DNA from: an uncultured Planctomycetia bacterium
GTDB lineage: Bacteria; Omnitrophota; Gorgyraeia; 2-02-FULL-51-18
Direction: 5' to 3'
Length of the DNA stretch: 64,000 bases
Assembly: GCA_964606485.1 (NCBI GenBank)
Contig: CAZSGP010000005.1
Location: 11,649 to 75,648, forward strand
Shown here: piece by piece, positions 27,886 to 37,850 of the stretch
Layout: each line of letters begins with the position of its first letter
Position numbering within the stretch: the stretch's first letter is position 1
Translations under genes and position numbers: made by a program
The notes under the pieces: generated by a model
Seen by the model: the letters and a program-made list of their open reading frames with translations, nothing else
Databases searched by the model: none
What the model was told of the DNA's origin: nothing

Positions 27886-28865
27886 TTTGAATGACTCTGC
27901 CTTTCCCATTCCCAAGCGGAACGGATAATCTCTTGAAGTTTTTTTTGTGGGGCCCAATTTAAAATTTTTTTTGCTTTTTGGCTCGACGCGACAAGCGTTG
28001 CGGGGTCCCCAGGCCTTCTATGCCCCATTTTGAAAGAAATCTTTTTTCCGGTCACGCGCTCCGCCTCTTCCAAGATCTCCATGACCGAGTACCCGTCCCC
28101 ATTTCCCAGATTAAAAACTTCATTCTGAATTTTTTTATCGAACGCCTTCAAAGCCAGCAAATGCGCCTGGGCCAAATCTTCTACATGGATGTAATCGCGC
28201 ACACAGGTGCCGTCCTCGGTGTCGTAATCGTCACCAAAAATTGTGAGATCCTTTTTTTGGCCGGCCGCTGCCTTTAGAATGTTAGGGATGAGATGTGATT
28301 CGGGGCTATGCCGCTCACCCGTGCGCATTTTCGAATCCGCACCGCTCGCATTAAAGTAACGCAGACAAATATATTTGATATCCCCTGAACGCGCCGAGTC
28401 TTTTAGGATTTGCTCAATCATCAACTTGCTTTGTCCGTAAGGACTGGTCGGAACCGTCGGGTCTTCCTCTCGAATCGGCAAATGGCGCGGCTCTCCGTAC
28501 ACCGCCGCTGACGATGAAAAAATAAACCGCTCGACCGAATTTTTTTTCATCGCTTTTAAAAGCTGAATGCAGGCCGAGACATTGTTTTCGTAATACTTAA
28601 GCGGGTCCACCACGGATTCCCCGACAAGGCTGGACGCTGAAAAATGCATCACCGCCTGAATGGAAAAGCGCTCAAATGCCTTTGAAATCTCAGAGAAATT
28701 TTTTAGATCGCCAATAACGAGCGGCACGTCTTTAGGAACAAGCTCTCTATGTCCGGTGCTCAAGCTGTCAAATACGACCGGCTGATAATTGGCTTCGAGT
28801 AACGCTAAAACCATATGCGAGCCGATGTATCCTGCCCCTCCGACTATCAAAATCTCTTTTGACAT
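27882..28865 (-). CDS. galE: UDP-glucose 4-epimerase
   Basis: NAD-binding motif ILIVGGAGYIGSH and active-site motif YGQSKLMIEQIL. Confidence 0.85.
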   Translation of the reverse strand: MSKEILIVGGAGYIGSHMVLALLEANYQPVVFDSLSTGHRELVPKDVPLVIGDLKNFSEISKAFERFSIQAVMHFSASSLVGESVVDPLKYYENNVSACIQLLKAMKKNSVERFIFSSSAAVYGEPRHLPIREEDPTVPTSPYGQSKLMIEQILKDSARSGDIKYICLRYFNASGADSKMRTGERHSPESHLIPNILKAAAGQKKDLTIFGDDYDTEDGTCVRDYIHVEDLAQAHLLALKAFDKKIQNEVFNLGNGDGYSVMEILEEAERVTGKKISFKMGHRRPGDPATLVASSQKAKKILNWAPQKKLQEIIRSAWEWERQSHSK

Positions 28866-28867
28866 TT

Positions 28868-30268
28868 TTACTTAGCTCCCTTGGCGAATAAAACGGCCGG
28901 CACTGTTTTAAAAATTATTTCGAGATCCAACCAAATCGACCAGCGGTCGATGTAACTTAAGTCGAGCTTCATCCACTGATCAAAATCGACGATTTGATTG
29001 CGTCCTGAAATTTGCCAAAGGCAGGTGAGCCCCGGCCGCATGGAGAGGCGGCGTCTGTGCCAGCTGTCGTAACGATTGACCTCATTGGGGATCGGCGGTC
29101 GCGGCCCGACAATGCTCATGTCACCCCTAAACACATTCCAGAGCTGTGGGAGTTCATCCAGACTCGTTTTCCTTAAAAACTTTCCGAGTCTCGTCACACG
29201 CGGGTCATTCGTCATCTTGAATGCCGGCCCTTTCATTTCATTATTTTTCTGGAGTGCTGCGAGCTTTGACTCGGCATCGACTCCCATGGTTCGGAATTTA
29301 TAAAAGGCAAATTTCCGGTGATGCAGACTACAGCGCTGTTGGGTAAAAAGCACCGGACCTTCGGAAGTTAGGCGAATAGCGAGTGCAATGAGAAGCATGA
29401 GCGGCATAAACACAATGAGCGCGAGGCCCGACAAGACAATGTCCATCAGTCGTTTGAGTCCCAAATGCCAAGACATCGCCGGATCCGAGGAGCAGTTGAC
29501 CATCGGCAATCCGTAAAAATTAACTGATTGAGTTTTGGCAATCTTTAAATTGAAATGATCCACCGCCAAATTGATCCGCACGCCCTCCGTCTCACAAAAA
29601 TCCACCAATTCCTCAATCTTCGTGAGCCACATTTTCGGGACAAGGAATACGATCTCATCGACGATGTTGTTATGAATGATGTCTGGTGCATCTTTTAATG
29701 TTCCTAAAATTTTATGTCCCATGACGGATTCGCCGACTTTTTTGTCATCACCATCCAGAATCCCCACAATGTTTAAACCCCATTCCTCGTGCTGGTTCAC
29801 CGATTCTAAAAAATTCTTGGCGCGAGGTCCCGAACCCACCACCAAGACATTTTGACGAAGACCCTGTTTTCGCATACGCCTAAAAAAAACCGAAAGCACA
29901 AGAAACTCGATTAAAAGTGCTCCGATGAGTAAAACAAAAAAAATAAAAAAGGATTTTGCAAGAATGTATCTTGAGGAAATGTAAGCCATGGCGCCAAATA
30001 ATACGGTTTGAAATAAAAACGTGTTGATCATGATTCCGGTTACCTTGGAATCCTGCTTCGTGCGGAAGGCGTCGTAGAGTTTAAAAAAGTTAAGTAAATG
30101 CCAGCACAAGAGAATCGCGACGGGCACAAGCAACAGATTCGCCATTTCTGGATTTATCTGGCGCACAGCGCTCACAAAAAGCGTTGCCGCCGTGCACATC
30201 AAGAGGACGATACAGCTGTCCAAAAAAATGAGCGTTTGTTTATAAAAAACAGTGTGATCTTTGAGCAT
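28868..30268 (-). CDS. Undecaprenyl-phosphate hexose-1-phosphate transferase (polyprenyl glycosylphosphotransferase, WbaP/EpsB type)
   Basis: Four N-terminal TM segments, a Rossmann-like linker, and the C-terminal bacterial sugar transferase domain KRLMDIVLS...DELPQLWNVFRGDMSIVGPRP. Confidence 0.85.
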   Translation of the reverse strand: MLKDHTVFYKQTLIFLDSCIVLLMCTAATLFVSAVRQINPEMANLLLVPVAILLCWHLLNFFKLYDAFRTKQDSKVTGIMINTFLFQTVLFGAMAYISSRYILAKSFFIFFVLLIGALLIEFLVLSVFFRRMRKQGLRQNVLVVGSGPRAKNFLESVNQHEEWGLNIVGILDGDDKKVGESVMGHKILGTLKDAPDIIHNNIVDEIVFLVPKMWLTKIEELVDFCETEGVRINLAVDHFNLKIAKTQSVNFYGLPMVNCSSDPAMSWHLGLKRLMDIVLSGLALIVFMPLMLLIALAIRLTSEGPVLFTQQRCSLHHRKFAFYKFRTMGVDAESKLAALQKNNEMKGPAFKMTNDPRVTRLGKFLRKTSLDELPQLWNVFRGDMSIVGPRPPIPNEVNRYDSWHRRRLSMRPGLTCLWQISGRNQIVDFDQWMKLDLSYIDRWSIWLDLEIIFKTVPAVLFAKGAK

Positions 30269-30271
30269 TTT

Positions 30272-30349
30272 TTAGAAGGTCTGATTTCTTTCGTGGTACT
30301 GCTTCATGGTCAAAACGGCTCCCAAAACAACGAAAGTAATAAGTGTCAT
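30272..30349 (-). CDS. 25-aa hydrophobic micro-ORF (MTLITFVVLGAVLTMKQYHERNQTF) ending 3 nt before the PGT start; possible leader peptide
   Basis: An AGGAGA ribosome-binding site lies 7 nt upstream of the ATG. Motif site b is about 50 nt upstream. Confidence 0.25.
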   Translation of the reverse strand: MTLITFVVLGAVLTMKQYHERNQTF

Positions 30350-30399
30350 AGCGGTTCTCCTTAAGTGTTTTCAGTATAGACAGGTAAGTGAGCGCCAAC

Positions 30400-30434
30400 C
30401 ATCGGGCACAATCCCCGTTCTTTGGTAGGGGAAA
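30400..30434 (-). promoter_or_regulatory. Bipartite motif, site b (ATCGGGCACAAT-N13-TAGGGGAAAC)
   Basis: It lies in the 180-nt gap between the TagA-like stop and the PGT operon. Confidence 0.35.
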
Positions 30435-30448
30435 CTAACGGACGAGCA

Positions 30449-31222
30449 TCAGGACAAACGGTGGGTCAATTTCTGCTTTAAGATAAGCCAAAAAAAATAA
30501 GGGTCTGCAATTAAATACCGCTTCCAAAGTCTTGCCGGTTCTTGGCATAGCCGCCACAACCATTCGAAGCCCGACCGCTGCATGAATAAAGGCGCGCGCT
30601 TCACCATGCCCGCAATAAACTCAAACGTAACGCCGACTCCAATCGAAACAGGCACGCGCATTTCTTCAAGATGGTCCTTGATCCAATTTTCCTGCTTCGG
30701 ACTGCCAAGTCCCACCAACAGAATGTCTGGCGCCGCTTTTTTAATGCTCTCGACAATTGCGGCATTTTCATTTAAATCGTGTTCAAATCCAAACGGTGGT
30801 GAATAAACTCCCACGATTTGAATCCCTGGGAATTTTTGTTCTAATTTTTTGGCGGCACTTTCAGCGGCTCCTGTTCGTCCACCCAGAAAAAACAATTTAT
30901 ACCCTTTTTGGACGGCCATTGGACATAAGGCGGGCACGAGATCTGCTCCGGAAACCCTCTCTTTAAAAGTTCGCCCCAAAAAAGCTCCCGCCCAAATAAG
31001 CGGCATGCCGTCCGGCAAAACCAGAGCAGCCCGCGCGTAAATCTGTTTAAATCCGGCGCTACTTTGAAAGCGCACCACATGGTCGACATTCGGCGTCACG
31101 ACAAAGGCCGGATCCTTTTTTTGGATTAAATTTTCTATGCGGCTCACCGCTTGCGCCATGGTCACGTTATCAATCCGGACACCGGCTATTAAAATTTTTT
31201 CTTTAGCGGATAAGCTCTTCAT
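30449..31222 (-). CDS. WecB/TagA/CpsF family glycosyltransferase
   Basis: ILIAGVRIDNVTM...VVTPNVDHVV...GADLVPAL...YKLFFLGG. The start is taken at MKSLSA. Confidence 0.75.
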   Translation of the reverse strand: MKSLSAKEKILIAGVRIDNVTMAQAVSRIENLIQKKDPAFVVTPNVDHVVRFQSSAGFKQIYARAALVLPDGMPLIWAGAFLGRTFKERVSGADLVPALCPMAVQKGYKLFFLGGRTGAAESAAKKLEQKFPGIQIVGVYSPPFGFEHDLNENAAIVESIKKAAPDILLVGLGSPKQENWIKDHLEEMRVPVSIGVGVTFEFIAGMVKRAPLFMQRSGFEWLWRLCQEPARLWKRYLIADPYFFWLILKQKLTHRLS

Positions 31223-32348
31223 AAACTCCCTGGATCTGTGTTGCTGTTTTCCGGATATCAAATTGGTCCTGGCATAATTTAAAACCATTTTCGCCAATCC
31301 TTCGCGCGTGCGTGGGGTTATGGATCAAGGTGATCAGGGCCTTGGCCCAATCTTTAGTCCTTCTTGGATCCAGCAGCAACGCGTCATGATGATTCTTAAA
31401 AACTTCGCTGTTGCATCCCACGTTTTTTGAGATTACAACCGGTACTTTTTCGCTGAGCGCCTCTAAAATTGAAATGGGGTGCAGCTCCAAAAAGGATGGC
31501 AAAATCATCGCGTGGACGTGCTTTAGAATGCGGCGAATATTTTGCTGAAACCCCATAAATGAAATATGGCTTCCCAGTTTTTCGTCTAAAACCCGCTTCC
31601 GGTAAGTCTCAAGTAGCGGGCCATCGCCTGCAATTAGAAAAAAAGCTTCTGGGCATGCCCGAATAACCGGCCGGATCACTTTAAAGAGCAGATCGATATT
31701 TTTTTCCGCAGACATTCTCGCCGGCGTAAAAAAAATTTTACGGTTTTGGCTAATCACCAATCTTGCGCTCGCCTCGCCGCCCACCGGCACAGCAGAATCA
31801 TCCAGAGGAATTCCGTTTCGGATGATCCGAACGTCTTGGGGCGCGTGAAACTGATTTTCTAGAATAAACTGCTTATTTTGCTCCGTCAGCACAATCACCG
31901 CATCGGACAGATGCTTGATTTTCGATGCGTAGCGGAATTGATCAATGTTGCAACCGCCCTTTTCGCGTTCCGTCTCACGGATGTATCTAAAATCATGAAC
32001 ATGCTCCACCACTTTGCGCTGTAAGAGCCGTGCGGCAACACCTGCCCACACATGCGCGTTAAACACGTGCGTGTGCACCACGTCGATCTTATTTTTAAAG
32101 ATATAGCGAGCCAGTTTAAAAATAATTCCCGCCGTCGCAAGACTTTTGATCTTGTGACTTGAGTCAGCGTACTTAAAAAGCTGAACGCCGTTTTCCTTGA
32201 ATCGGGACTCAATTTCCCCTCCCCAAGAATAAGCCACGTGCGTTTCCACGCGCTCCGGGTCCATGGCGCCCACTAAATTGAGCAAGTTCGTTTCAGCTCC
32301 CCCGAGTCCTAAGGTTTTAATCACGTGAAGCACCTGAATTTTTTTCAT
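31203..32348 (-). CDS. Glycosyltransferase family 4 (GT-B, group 1)
   Basis: N-terminal ...HVIKTLGLGGAETNLLNL... and a C-terminal EX7E-type region. The start is taken at MKKIQV (32348) and overlaps the Wzy-like stop as ATGA. Confidence 0.75.
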   Translation of the reverse strand: MKKIQVLHVIKTLGLGGAETNLLNLVGAMDPERVETHVAYSWGGEIESRFKENGVQLFKYADSSHKIKSLATAGIIFKLARYIFKNKIDVVHTHVFNAHVWAGVAARLLQRKVVEHVHDFRYIRETEREKGGCNIDQFRYASKIKHLSDAVIVLTEQNKQFILENQFHAPQDVRIIRNGIPLDDSAVPVGGEASARLVISQNRKIFFTPARMSAEKNIDLLFKVIRPVIRACPEAFFLIAGDGPLLETYRKRVLDEKLGSHISFMGFQQNIRRILKHVHAMILPSFLELHPISILEALSEKVPVVISKNVGCNSEVFKNHHDALLLDPRRTKDWAKALITLIHNPTHARRIGENGFKLCQDQFDIRKTATQIQGVYEELIR

Positions 32349-33712
32349 ATCTTTTCGAGAGTAACCGGCCTCTGAAAACGCATGGATTTTAAGATCACTC
32401 CGAAAAAAAACCAGCAGTACCAATTGAGCGCCAAATAAGACAAAAGGTTGTCTGCGATCCCGCTCACGAGATACACCACAAGATACGCCGTCACGAGGGC
32501 GTATTCCTTCGAAAGCCCGAAAACTGTTTTTTTGATTCTGCCGCAAAACTCACGAAAAAGAATTCCGTAAATCAAAAGATAGGAAAGAAGGCCCGCCAAA
32601 CCCATCTCGAACAAAAGTTGCACAACCACACTGTGTGCTTCAGCTCCCTTCTTATTCTGGGTGAGAAAATCGCTGGAAAGCGCGCGAAACGATCCCAAGC
32701 CGTGCCCAAAAATCCACCGCTCACCAATAGAGGCAAAGCTATCTTTCCAAACCTGCAGTCTCCACGAAAACGAGTTTTCTCGTGCGCCGCCGGCTTCAAA
32801 AAGATCCGTCATTCGCGAAGCCACACCCGACAGAAAAAAACCGGCAAATAGAACCCCGATAGAAAAAAGGATGTACTTTCTTTCTTTGAAAATGCCGTAG
32901 AAAAAAAATAAAAGCCAAACACAGATCCAGGCGTTCCGGGTCCTTGTCGCTATAAGAAGTGCAACGATGTTTAAAGTGTAAGCGGACAGAAGGCCCTTTT
33001 GAATCCACGACAAACGAAAAAGACCCGACTTAAACACGACTGCCACAAGTACAACGAGCCACACCAGATAAAATCCCAGGATATTCGGGTGTGTGAAAGA
33101 TCCCATAATCCGGCTGCCGGCATCCTCAAAAACTCTGCCTCCGCGCGCTAGATCGATGTTGGCAATAATCACCGGCGCTATGGAAGAAAAAAGAAGCGCT
33201 TTGATCCAAAATTTTTTATCATTTTTTTCGGGATCTATCAGTGAGGGCAGCATCGCCATGCAAAGATAACTCAGGAGATTAGAGAAGCCTCTTGCTCCCA
33301 TCATTGGAAATGGCGAGTACACGACGGCCGCGAGACACACACCAAGAAAAAGGATCCAACTCTTAAAAAATCCCGACCGGAAAAACGGCGCCGAATAATT
33401 TTTTAAACCTAAGAATACAGTCACTAGGATAACGAGCACGTTCAGAACCGCTCCAAACCCTATGCCGCCACTGTCCGTTTTGGTGGTGTTGAGGAACGGG
33501 TCGAGTAAAACTCTCGAAAAAATTAAAAAAATGACGACCCATTTGGGTTTTGTCACAATGCCCAAAAAAAGAATGCACGCGAGTGGCAGTGCCAATAAAA
33601 AAATGGAGTGGGTATCTGCCATTGGCAAAACCCTGAGAAATAGAAACGCTATTACGGACGCACAAAAAATACTAAGAAAAATCGGAAGCTTATGGGCTTG
33701 AGCGGTCGCCAC
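32345..33712 (-). CDS. O-antigen ligase / polymerase (Wzy-type) family membrane protein
   Basis: About 12 TM segments plus the periplasmic-loop motif ERWIFGHGLGSF typical of Wzy_C proteins. Confidence 0.7.
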   Translation of the reverse strand: MATAQAHKLPIFLSIFCASVIAFLFLRVLPMADTHSIFLLALPLACILFLGIVTKPKWVVIFLIFSRVLLDPFLNTTKTDSGGIGFGAVLNVLVILVTVFLGLKNYSAPFFRSGFFKSWILFLGVCLAAVVYSPFPMMGARGFSNLLSYLCMAMLPSLIDPEKNDKKFWIKALLFSSIAPVIIANIDLARGGRVFEDAGSRIMGSFTHPNILGFYLVWLVVLVAVVFKSGLFRLSWIQKGLLSAYTLNIVALLIATRTRNAWICVWLLFFFYGIFKERKYILFSIGVLFAGFFLSGVASRMTDLFEAGGARENSFSWRLQVWKDSFASIGERWIFGHGLGSFRALSSDFLTQNKKGAEAHSVVVQLLFEMGLAGLLSYLLIYGILFREFCGRIKKTVFGLSKEYALVTAYLVVYLVSGIADNLLSYLALNWYCWFFFGVILKSMRFQRPVTLEKI

Positions 33713-34772
33713 GCGGATCTCCCCCGTTTGAAGAGAGTTTGTGAACTTGGGCGGGCTGTTTGCGTGTCTCTTGATCGAGCAGAATTTCTAGATGTTCCTT
33801 TAAAGCGCGTATCGCATCCTCCATCGGCAACTTGGGTTGCCGCGCATCTGTCGATTGAAGAATAGGATCCGGGCGCTCAAAAAGAAATGCGAGCGCTACT
33901 CCAAGAATCAGGCCGCAGATTCCAGCAATGCACATGACGAGGAGCGTCGAGTATCCGACCGCTTCCGTCGGCACCGTCGCCTCTTCTAATATTTTGGCAC
34001 TGGCCGGCCCCATACTGTCGGCGTAGGAACCCGATGGGGAACTTAAATAAGTTTCAAACCGCTGGGCATCGCTTCGAAGCTGACGAATGATATTATTTTT
34101 TTCTCCATATTTTGTGCCGAGTTCCGCCATTTGCTGCTCCAAATCAAACATGACGTAATAATGACTGACCGTGTTCGCAATCTGTGCGGCAACCGCCGGA
34201 TCAAAATCCTCGGCGGAAATACTAAAGAGGCTGGTGTTGGGAATGGGCTTAACTTTCACGCGTAAATTCAGGTCTCTCAGCGCTAATCGAAAACGGTAAG
34301 CATTATTAAATTTTGAAACTTGGGAACTCTTCCGAATAAGTCTCGATTGCAAACTCATCACTAGTTGCTTGAGAGGTGAAGCAAACTTTTTTTCATAATT
34401 AAGCGGCCGCTCATCCAGCCGCATCGCTTTGACCACCCGCTCGAGCACCGGCTTTGATTTGACAATTTCGGCTTGCGTTGACACCATCTCTGTTCGGATC
34501 GAATTGTCCAAGTCCCTGTAATACGGCGACTCGACCAATTTTTCTGCCCGGATTAAAAGTTTCACGCGCGCTTGGTAGGTCGGCGTGTGGAGCTTGAAAC
34601 CGACGTAAACCACAAAAATCGTCATAAAAAATGCCGCGAGGATAATATTTTTTTGTTTGATCAGAACCTGAAGTGGGTCTCTCGCCGGAGCTAAGTGAAC
34701 ATCATTAAATGCAATTTCCTGGTTGGAATATTCCTTCAAAGATGAATTTCGGACGACCATATTTCGATTCAT
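33690..34772 (-). CDS. Polysaccharide chain-length determinant (Wzz/PCP family)
   Basis: An N-terminal TM and a C-terminal TM flank a roughly 280-aa coiled periplasmic region. Confidence 0.65.
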   Translation of the reverse strand: MNRNMVVRNSSLKEYSNQEIAFNDVHLAPARDPLQVLIKQKNIILAAFFMTIFVVYVGFKLHTPTYQARVKLLIRAEKLVESPYYRDLDNSIRTEMVSTQAEIVKSKPVLERVVKAMRLDERPLNYEKKFASPLKQLVMSLQSRLIRKSSQVSKFNNAYRFRLALRDLNLRVKVKPIPNTSLFSISAEDFDPAVAAQIANTVSHYYVMFDLEQQMAELGTKYGEKNNIIRQLRSDAQRFETYLSSPSGSYADSMGPASAKILEEATVPTEAVGYSTLLVMCIAGICGLILGVALAFLFERPDPILQSTDARQPKLPMEDAIRALKEHLEILLDQETRKQPAQVHKLSSNGGDPRGDRSSP

Positions 34773-35372
34773 TTAAAAAATTCCCTCCGACACCACAACC
34801 ATGTCTCCTGAATGGAGCAAAGGATCTTGCTCGCTATCTCCCTCTCGAGCTTGTTCGACATTCACACGGACCGTCTCATACCCTTTTCCACCCGGCTTCT
34901 GCCGAAGAACTTTTACGTGACTGGCATTGCCGTATTTCGAAAATCCTCCGGCAATGGAGATTGCCTGAAGAACGGTAATGTTGCCTTCCAAAGGATACGA
35001 ACCGGGCTTCATCACCTCTCCGGATACGAGGTATTTTTTGCTTTTAACTTCCTTCAAATAAACCGTGAGCACCGGATATTTTAGATAACCATCTTCCAAT
35101 CTCTTTTGAATTTCGTCCTGCGCCTGGGACAGGCTAAGACCCAACACTTTGACACTGCCGATGTAAGGAAACGAGATATTCCCGTCAGGCGCAACGGTTG
35201 TGTTGACGATAAACACGTCCGGCTTTAGCACGTTGATTTCCAATTCATCTCCGACGCCCACGGTATAGTCTGCGGCGGCCGACGCGGCCTGCAAAAATCC
35301 CGCAACGATTAAAAAGCTCACTGCGAAAAGGACGCGGATCCTATGCATTCTTCTTAATTTTAAAAATTCCAT
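34773..35372 (-). CDS. Polysaccharide export protein (Wza-like periplasmic Poly_export + SLBB domains)
   Basis: YTVGVGDELEINV...ISFPYIGSVKVLGLSLSQAQDEIQKRL... Confidence 0.8.
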   Translation of the reverse strand: MEFLKLRRMHRIRVLFAVSFLIVAGFLQAASAAADYTVGVGDELEINVLKPDVFIVNTTVAPDGNISFPYIGSVKVLGLSLSQAQDEIQKRLEDGYLKYPVLTVYLKEVKSKKYLVSGEVMKPGSYPLEGNITVLQAISIAGGFSKYGNASHVKVLRQKPGGKGYETVRVNVEQAREGDSEQDPLLHSGDMVVVSEGIF

Positions 35373-36478
35373 TTAAACCCCAAGAAAACAACATTTTTCT
35401 GGTACTCACGCGTGGAAATCTCCGAACTCACATCCGTAAAATTGTATTGGATCTTTACTTCTAAATTTTTGGTGAGATCGTAAGACACTGAGGCATTCGC
35501 GCCCACGAGCTTATCTTCAACGGCACTTACAACATACTTTCCATCCCCATAAAAAAACGATATGACCGACCGTAGACGCTTGGTCCATTCCTTTTTCAGA
35601 GAAGATGAAATTTGCCAGTGATTAAAAACATCTTCGGCATAGGCGTTGAGAGAATGTTGCTTTTCGAAGGCAAGATCGAGGGTGGTTGTAGGGTTAATTT
35701 CATCCGTGAGCCTCGCTTCCAAACGGGGTTCGCTTAAACTTTTCCCAACAAAGGGGTCAATTAAATCCGCTCCGAACTTCCCATCAAAATAAAACCACTG
35801 TGTGAAGTGGCGGCGCACGCCGGCCATAAGCCGATGATCGTTCGCACTCGACCCGCCGTCAAAATCCCTCATCTCAAAATCATAATCGAACGACAAATCC
35901 GTCATGGAGTCCAGATGATAAAGAGCTCCCGCCCCCACGGTGTTCATCGTGGTGTCTCGAAAAACATTTGATGAAAAAATCGTAAACTCATTCCCGTAGC
36001 GAGCCGTTCCGCTCCACTGGGAGGTAAAATCATGTTCGCCACTCAATTGAAACGAGTTTGTCTGGTACGCAAATCTTCCGGCGCGTGAGTTAAAAGCATC
36101 GGCAAACGAGACCGGTTCGTCCGAATGCACATACGTGTCTCGAAGTTCGATCCGGTCGTACATGGAAAGCTCCTGTTTCCAGTCAAACGAAAGATCTCCG
36201 GAGACATTGCTAAACTCATCGTGAGACGCAAACTGGTTATAGTGCAACGTGCCTAGCAGCTCAACCGTCGAAAGATGAGTCTCGTAGCTCGCGGCGAGGC
36301 CCCCGTCGAAAGAGGTGATGAAATCACTAACAGTGTTGTCTTTTTGAAAGGTAACGTTATCATCAAAGGTTTCGGATAAACCCGCATAAGGCTTGAGTCG
36401 AATGCCATTCCATACCGCCGAATAACTGATCGAAGCACTCAACAAAAAGAACGCTAAAATTAAACTAGCGAGCTTCAT
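35360..36478 (-). CDS. Outer-membrane beta-barrel protein of the polysaccharide locus
   Basis: Signal peptide MKLASLILAFFLLSASISYSA. Alternating amphipathic beta-strands and a C-terminal ...FLGFKWNF with terminal F. Confidence 0.6.
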   Translation of the reverse strand: MKLASLILAFFLLSASISYSAVWNGIRLKPYAGLSETFDDNVTFQKDNTVSDFITSFDGGLAASYETHLSTVELLGTLHYNQFASHDEFSNVSGDLSFDWKQELSMYDRIELRDTYVHSDEPVSFADAFNSRAGRFAYQTNSFQLSGEHDFTSQWSGTARYGNEFTIFSSNVFRDTTMNTVGAGALYHLDSMTDLSFDYDFEMRDFDGGSSANDHRLMAGVRRHFTQWFYFDGKFGADLIDPFVGKSLSEPRLEARLTDEINPTTTLDLAFEKQHSLNAYAEDVFNHWQISSSLKKEWTKRLRSVISFFYGDGKYVVSAVEDKLVGANASVSYDLTKNLEVKIQYNFTDVSSEISTREYQKNVVFLGFKWNF

Positions 36479-36554
36479 AATAAATATTCTTTTTGGTAAT
36501 AAAATCATATTCCCCTCTCTTTTTTGGCTTAAAGCCGCTCATTCGACATCATAA

Positions 36555-36610
36555 AATAGGGGCGGCGTTCGAACAATCGGGGGCGGCCCCTAAACTGCTA
36601 TCAGGGAATC
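36555..36610 (-). promoter_or_regulatory. Bipartite motif, site k (three half-sites ATAGGGGCGGCG / ATCGGGGGCGGC / TATCAGGGAATC)
   Basis: It lies between the cupin stop and the outer-membrane barrel start. Confidence 0.35.
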
Positions 36611-36952
36611 TACGCGTCCAAAATCATCCTCGAAGCGGACAATATCCTCTTCCTCCAAGATCTCTCCAAGCTGGAGCTCCATGAACACAAGCGGCAAGCT
36701 TCCGATGTTTTGCATCCGGTGAATTTCTCCGACCGCAATTTCTACAAATGCCCCTGCCACAACCTCCCACTGGTGATTTTCGACCGTCACAAGGCCGCGG
36801 CCAGACACGATGAGCCACTTCTCAGAACGACTTAAGTGTTTTTGCAGACTAAAACGCAGTCCGGCATTCACCTCTATTCGCTTGGTCAGCGCGCCGTTTT
36901 CTATTCCGCACACCTCAAAATTTCCCCACGGCCGTAATTGTTTAAATGGCAT
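36590..36952 (-). CDS. Cupin domain protein (mannose-6-phosphate isomerase type II C-terminal-like)
   Basis: Cupin motifs ...LQKHLSRSEKWLIVSGRG...GEIHRMQN. Confidence 0.65.
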   Translation of the reverse strand: MPFKQLRPWGNFEVCGIENGALTKRIEVNAGLRFSLQKHLSRSEKWLIVSGRGLVTVENHQWEVVAGAFVEIAVGEIHRMQNIGSLPLVFMELQLGEILEEEDIVRFEDDFGRVDSLIAV

Positions 36953-37850
36953 TTAGAACCTCCTCTGGATTCTTCTGGATACAACCCTGAAAAAACCCGA
37001 TCGCCCAATAAAAAAGTCCCAGCATAAAAAGAGGCGATACGGATAGAAAGGGAACGATGTTTTTACGCTGCTTTAAAATTCTCTGCGCAATTCTTAAAAA
37101 TTTAATAAAAACAAAAACTGGAATGAGGGGGATCGCAAGCCACGCGTTGGCTAAGAACTTTTGAGGACCCATCCTGCGATAAAACAAAATATATTTTCCG
37201 AGCAAAATCTGATTATTTAAATACGAGGCGAGTTGATTTCTAAAAATATGATAAACCTTAATTTCAGGATGAAAGTTGACGGCGGACACGGAGTTTGCGA
37301 GGCGGCCAAACAAAACGTCTTCAGACGCCCGGATATTCGGAAATCCACCGATCAATTTAAAAATATTATTTTCACAAAATAGATTGCAGGACGGCACGAA
37401 AAAAATGCCTCGTTTTTTATCCGGTCCCATAAATTCGTTAAATTGGAGATAGTACTGCGCCAGCGCCAGTCGGTTGTCTCTTTGAAAATCCGGCAGACCG
37501 ATCGCGCCACCTCCCACCACACTGCCCATCCGTCTAGCATGGACAATTTCTTCAACCCAATTGGAGGCCGGAAATGCGTCGGAATCTATAAAAGCGAGCG
37601 TTTCACCGGAAGCAAGCTTTGCCCCCGCATTGCGCGCAAGCGCGGGGTTTGTTTTTTTCTCCAAATGAACCAGGCGGATTTTTCCGGAGTACTGGCTCAA
37701 AATTATTTTGGTTTCTTCGTCATCCGAAGAGTCTGCGACAACTATTTCTTTGAGATATTGAGAAGGCTTTCTTAATAAGCTATCTAAGGTGTATCGAATT
37801 GTCGGCGCGGAATTGTATGAAGGCACAATGACTGAAATGTTAATCCGCAT
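36942..37850 (-). CDS. Glycosyltransferase family 2
   Basis: ISVIVPSYNS...VVADSSDDE (DxD-type). The start is taken at MRINIS. Confidence 0.75.
   Translation of the reverse strand: MRINISVIVPSYNSAPTIRYTLDSLLRKPSQYLKEIVVADSSDDEETKIILSQYSGKIRLVHLEKKTNPALARNAGAKLASGETLAFIDSDAFPASNWVEEIVHARRMGSVVGGGAIGLPDFQRDNRLALAQYYLQFNEFMGPDKKRGIFFVPSCNLFCENNIFKLIGGFPNIRASEDVLFGRLANSVSAVNFHPEIKVYHIFRNQLASYLNNQILLGKYILFYRRMGPQKFLANAWLAIPLIPVFVFIKFLRIAQRILKQRKNIVPFLSVSPLFMLGLFYWAIGFFQGCIQKNPEEVLNAI

Noticed and set aside
36555-36590. GC-rich segment GGGGCGGCG...GGGGGCGGCCCC as an intrinsic terminator
   Set aside because: The arms are direct rather than inverted repeats, and it is better explained as half-sites of the bipartite motif.
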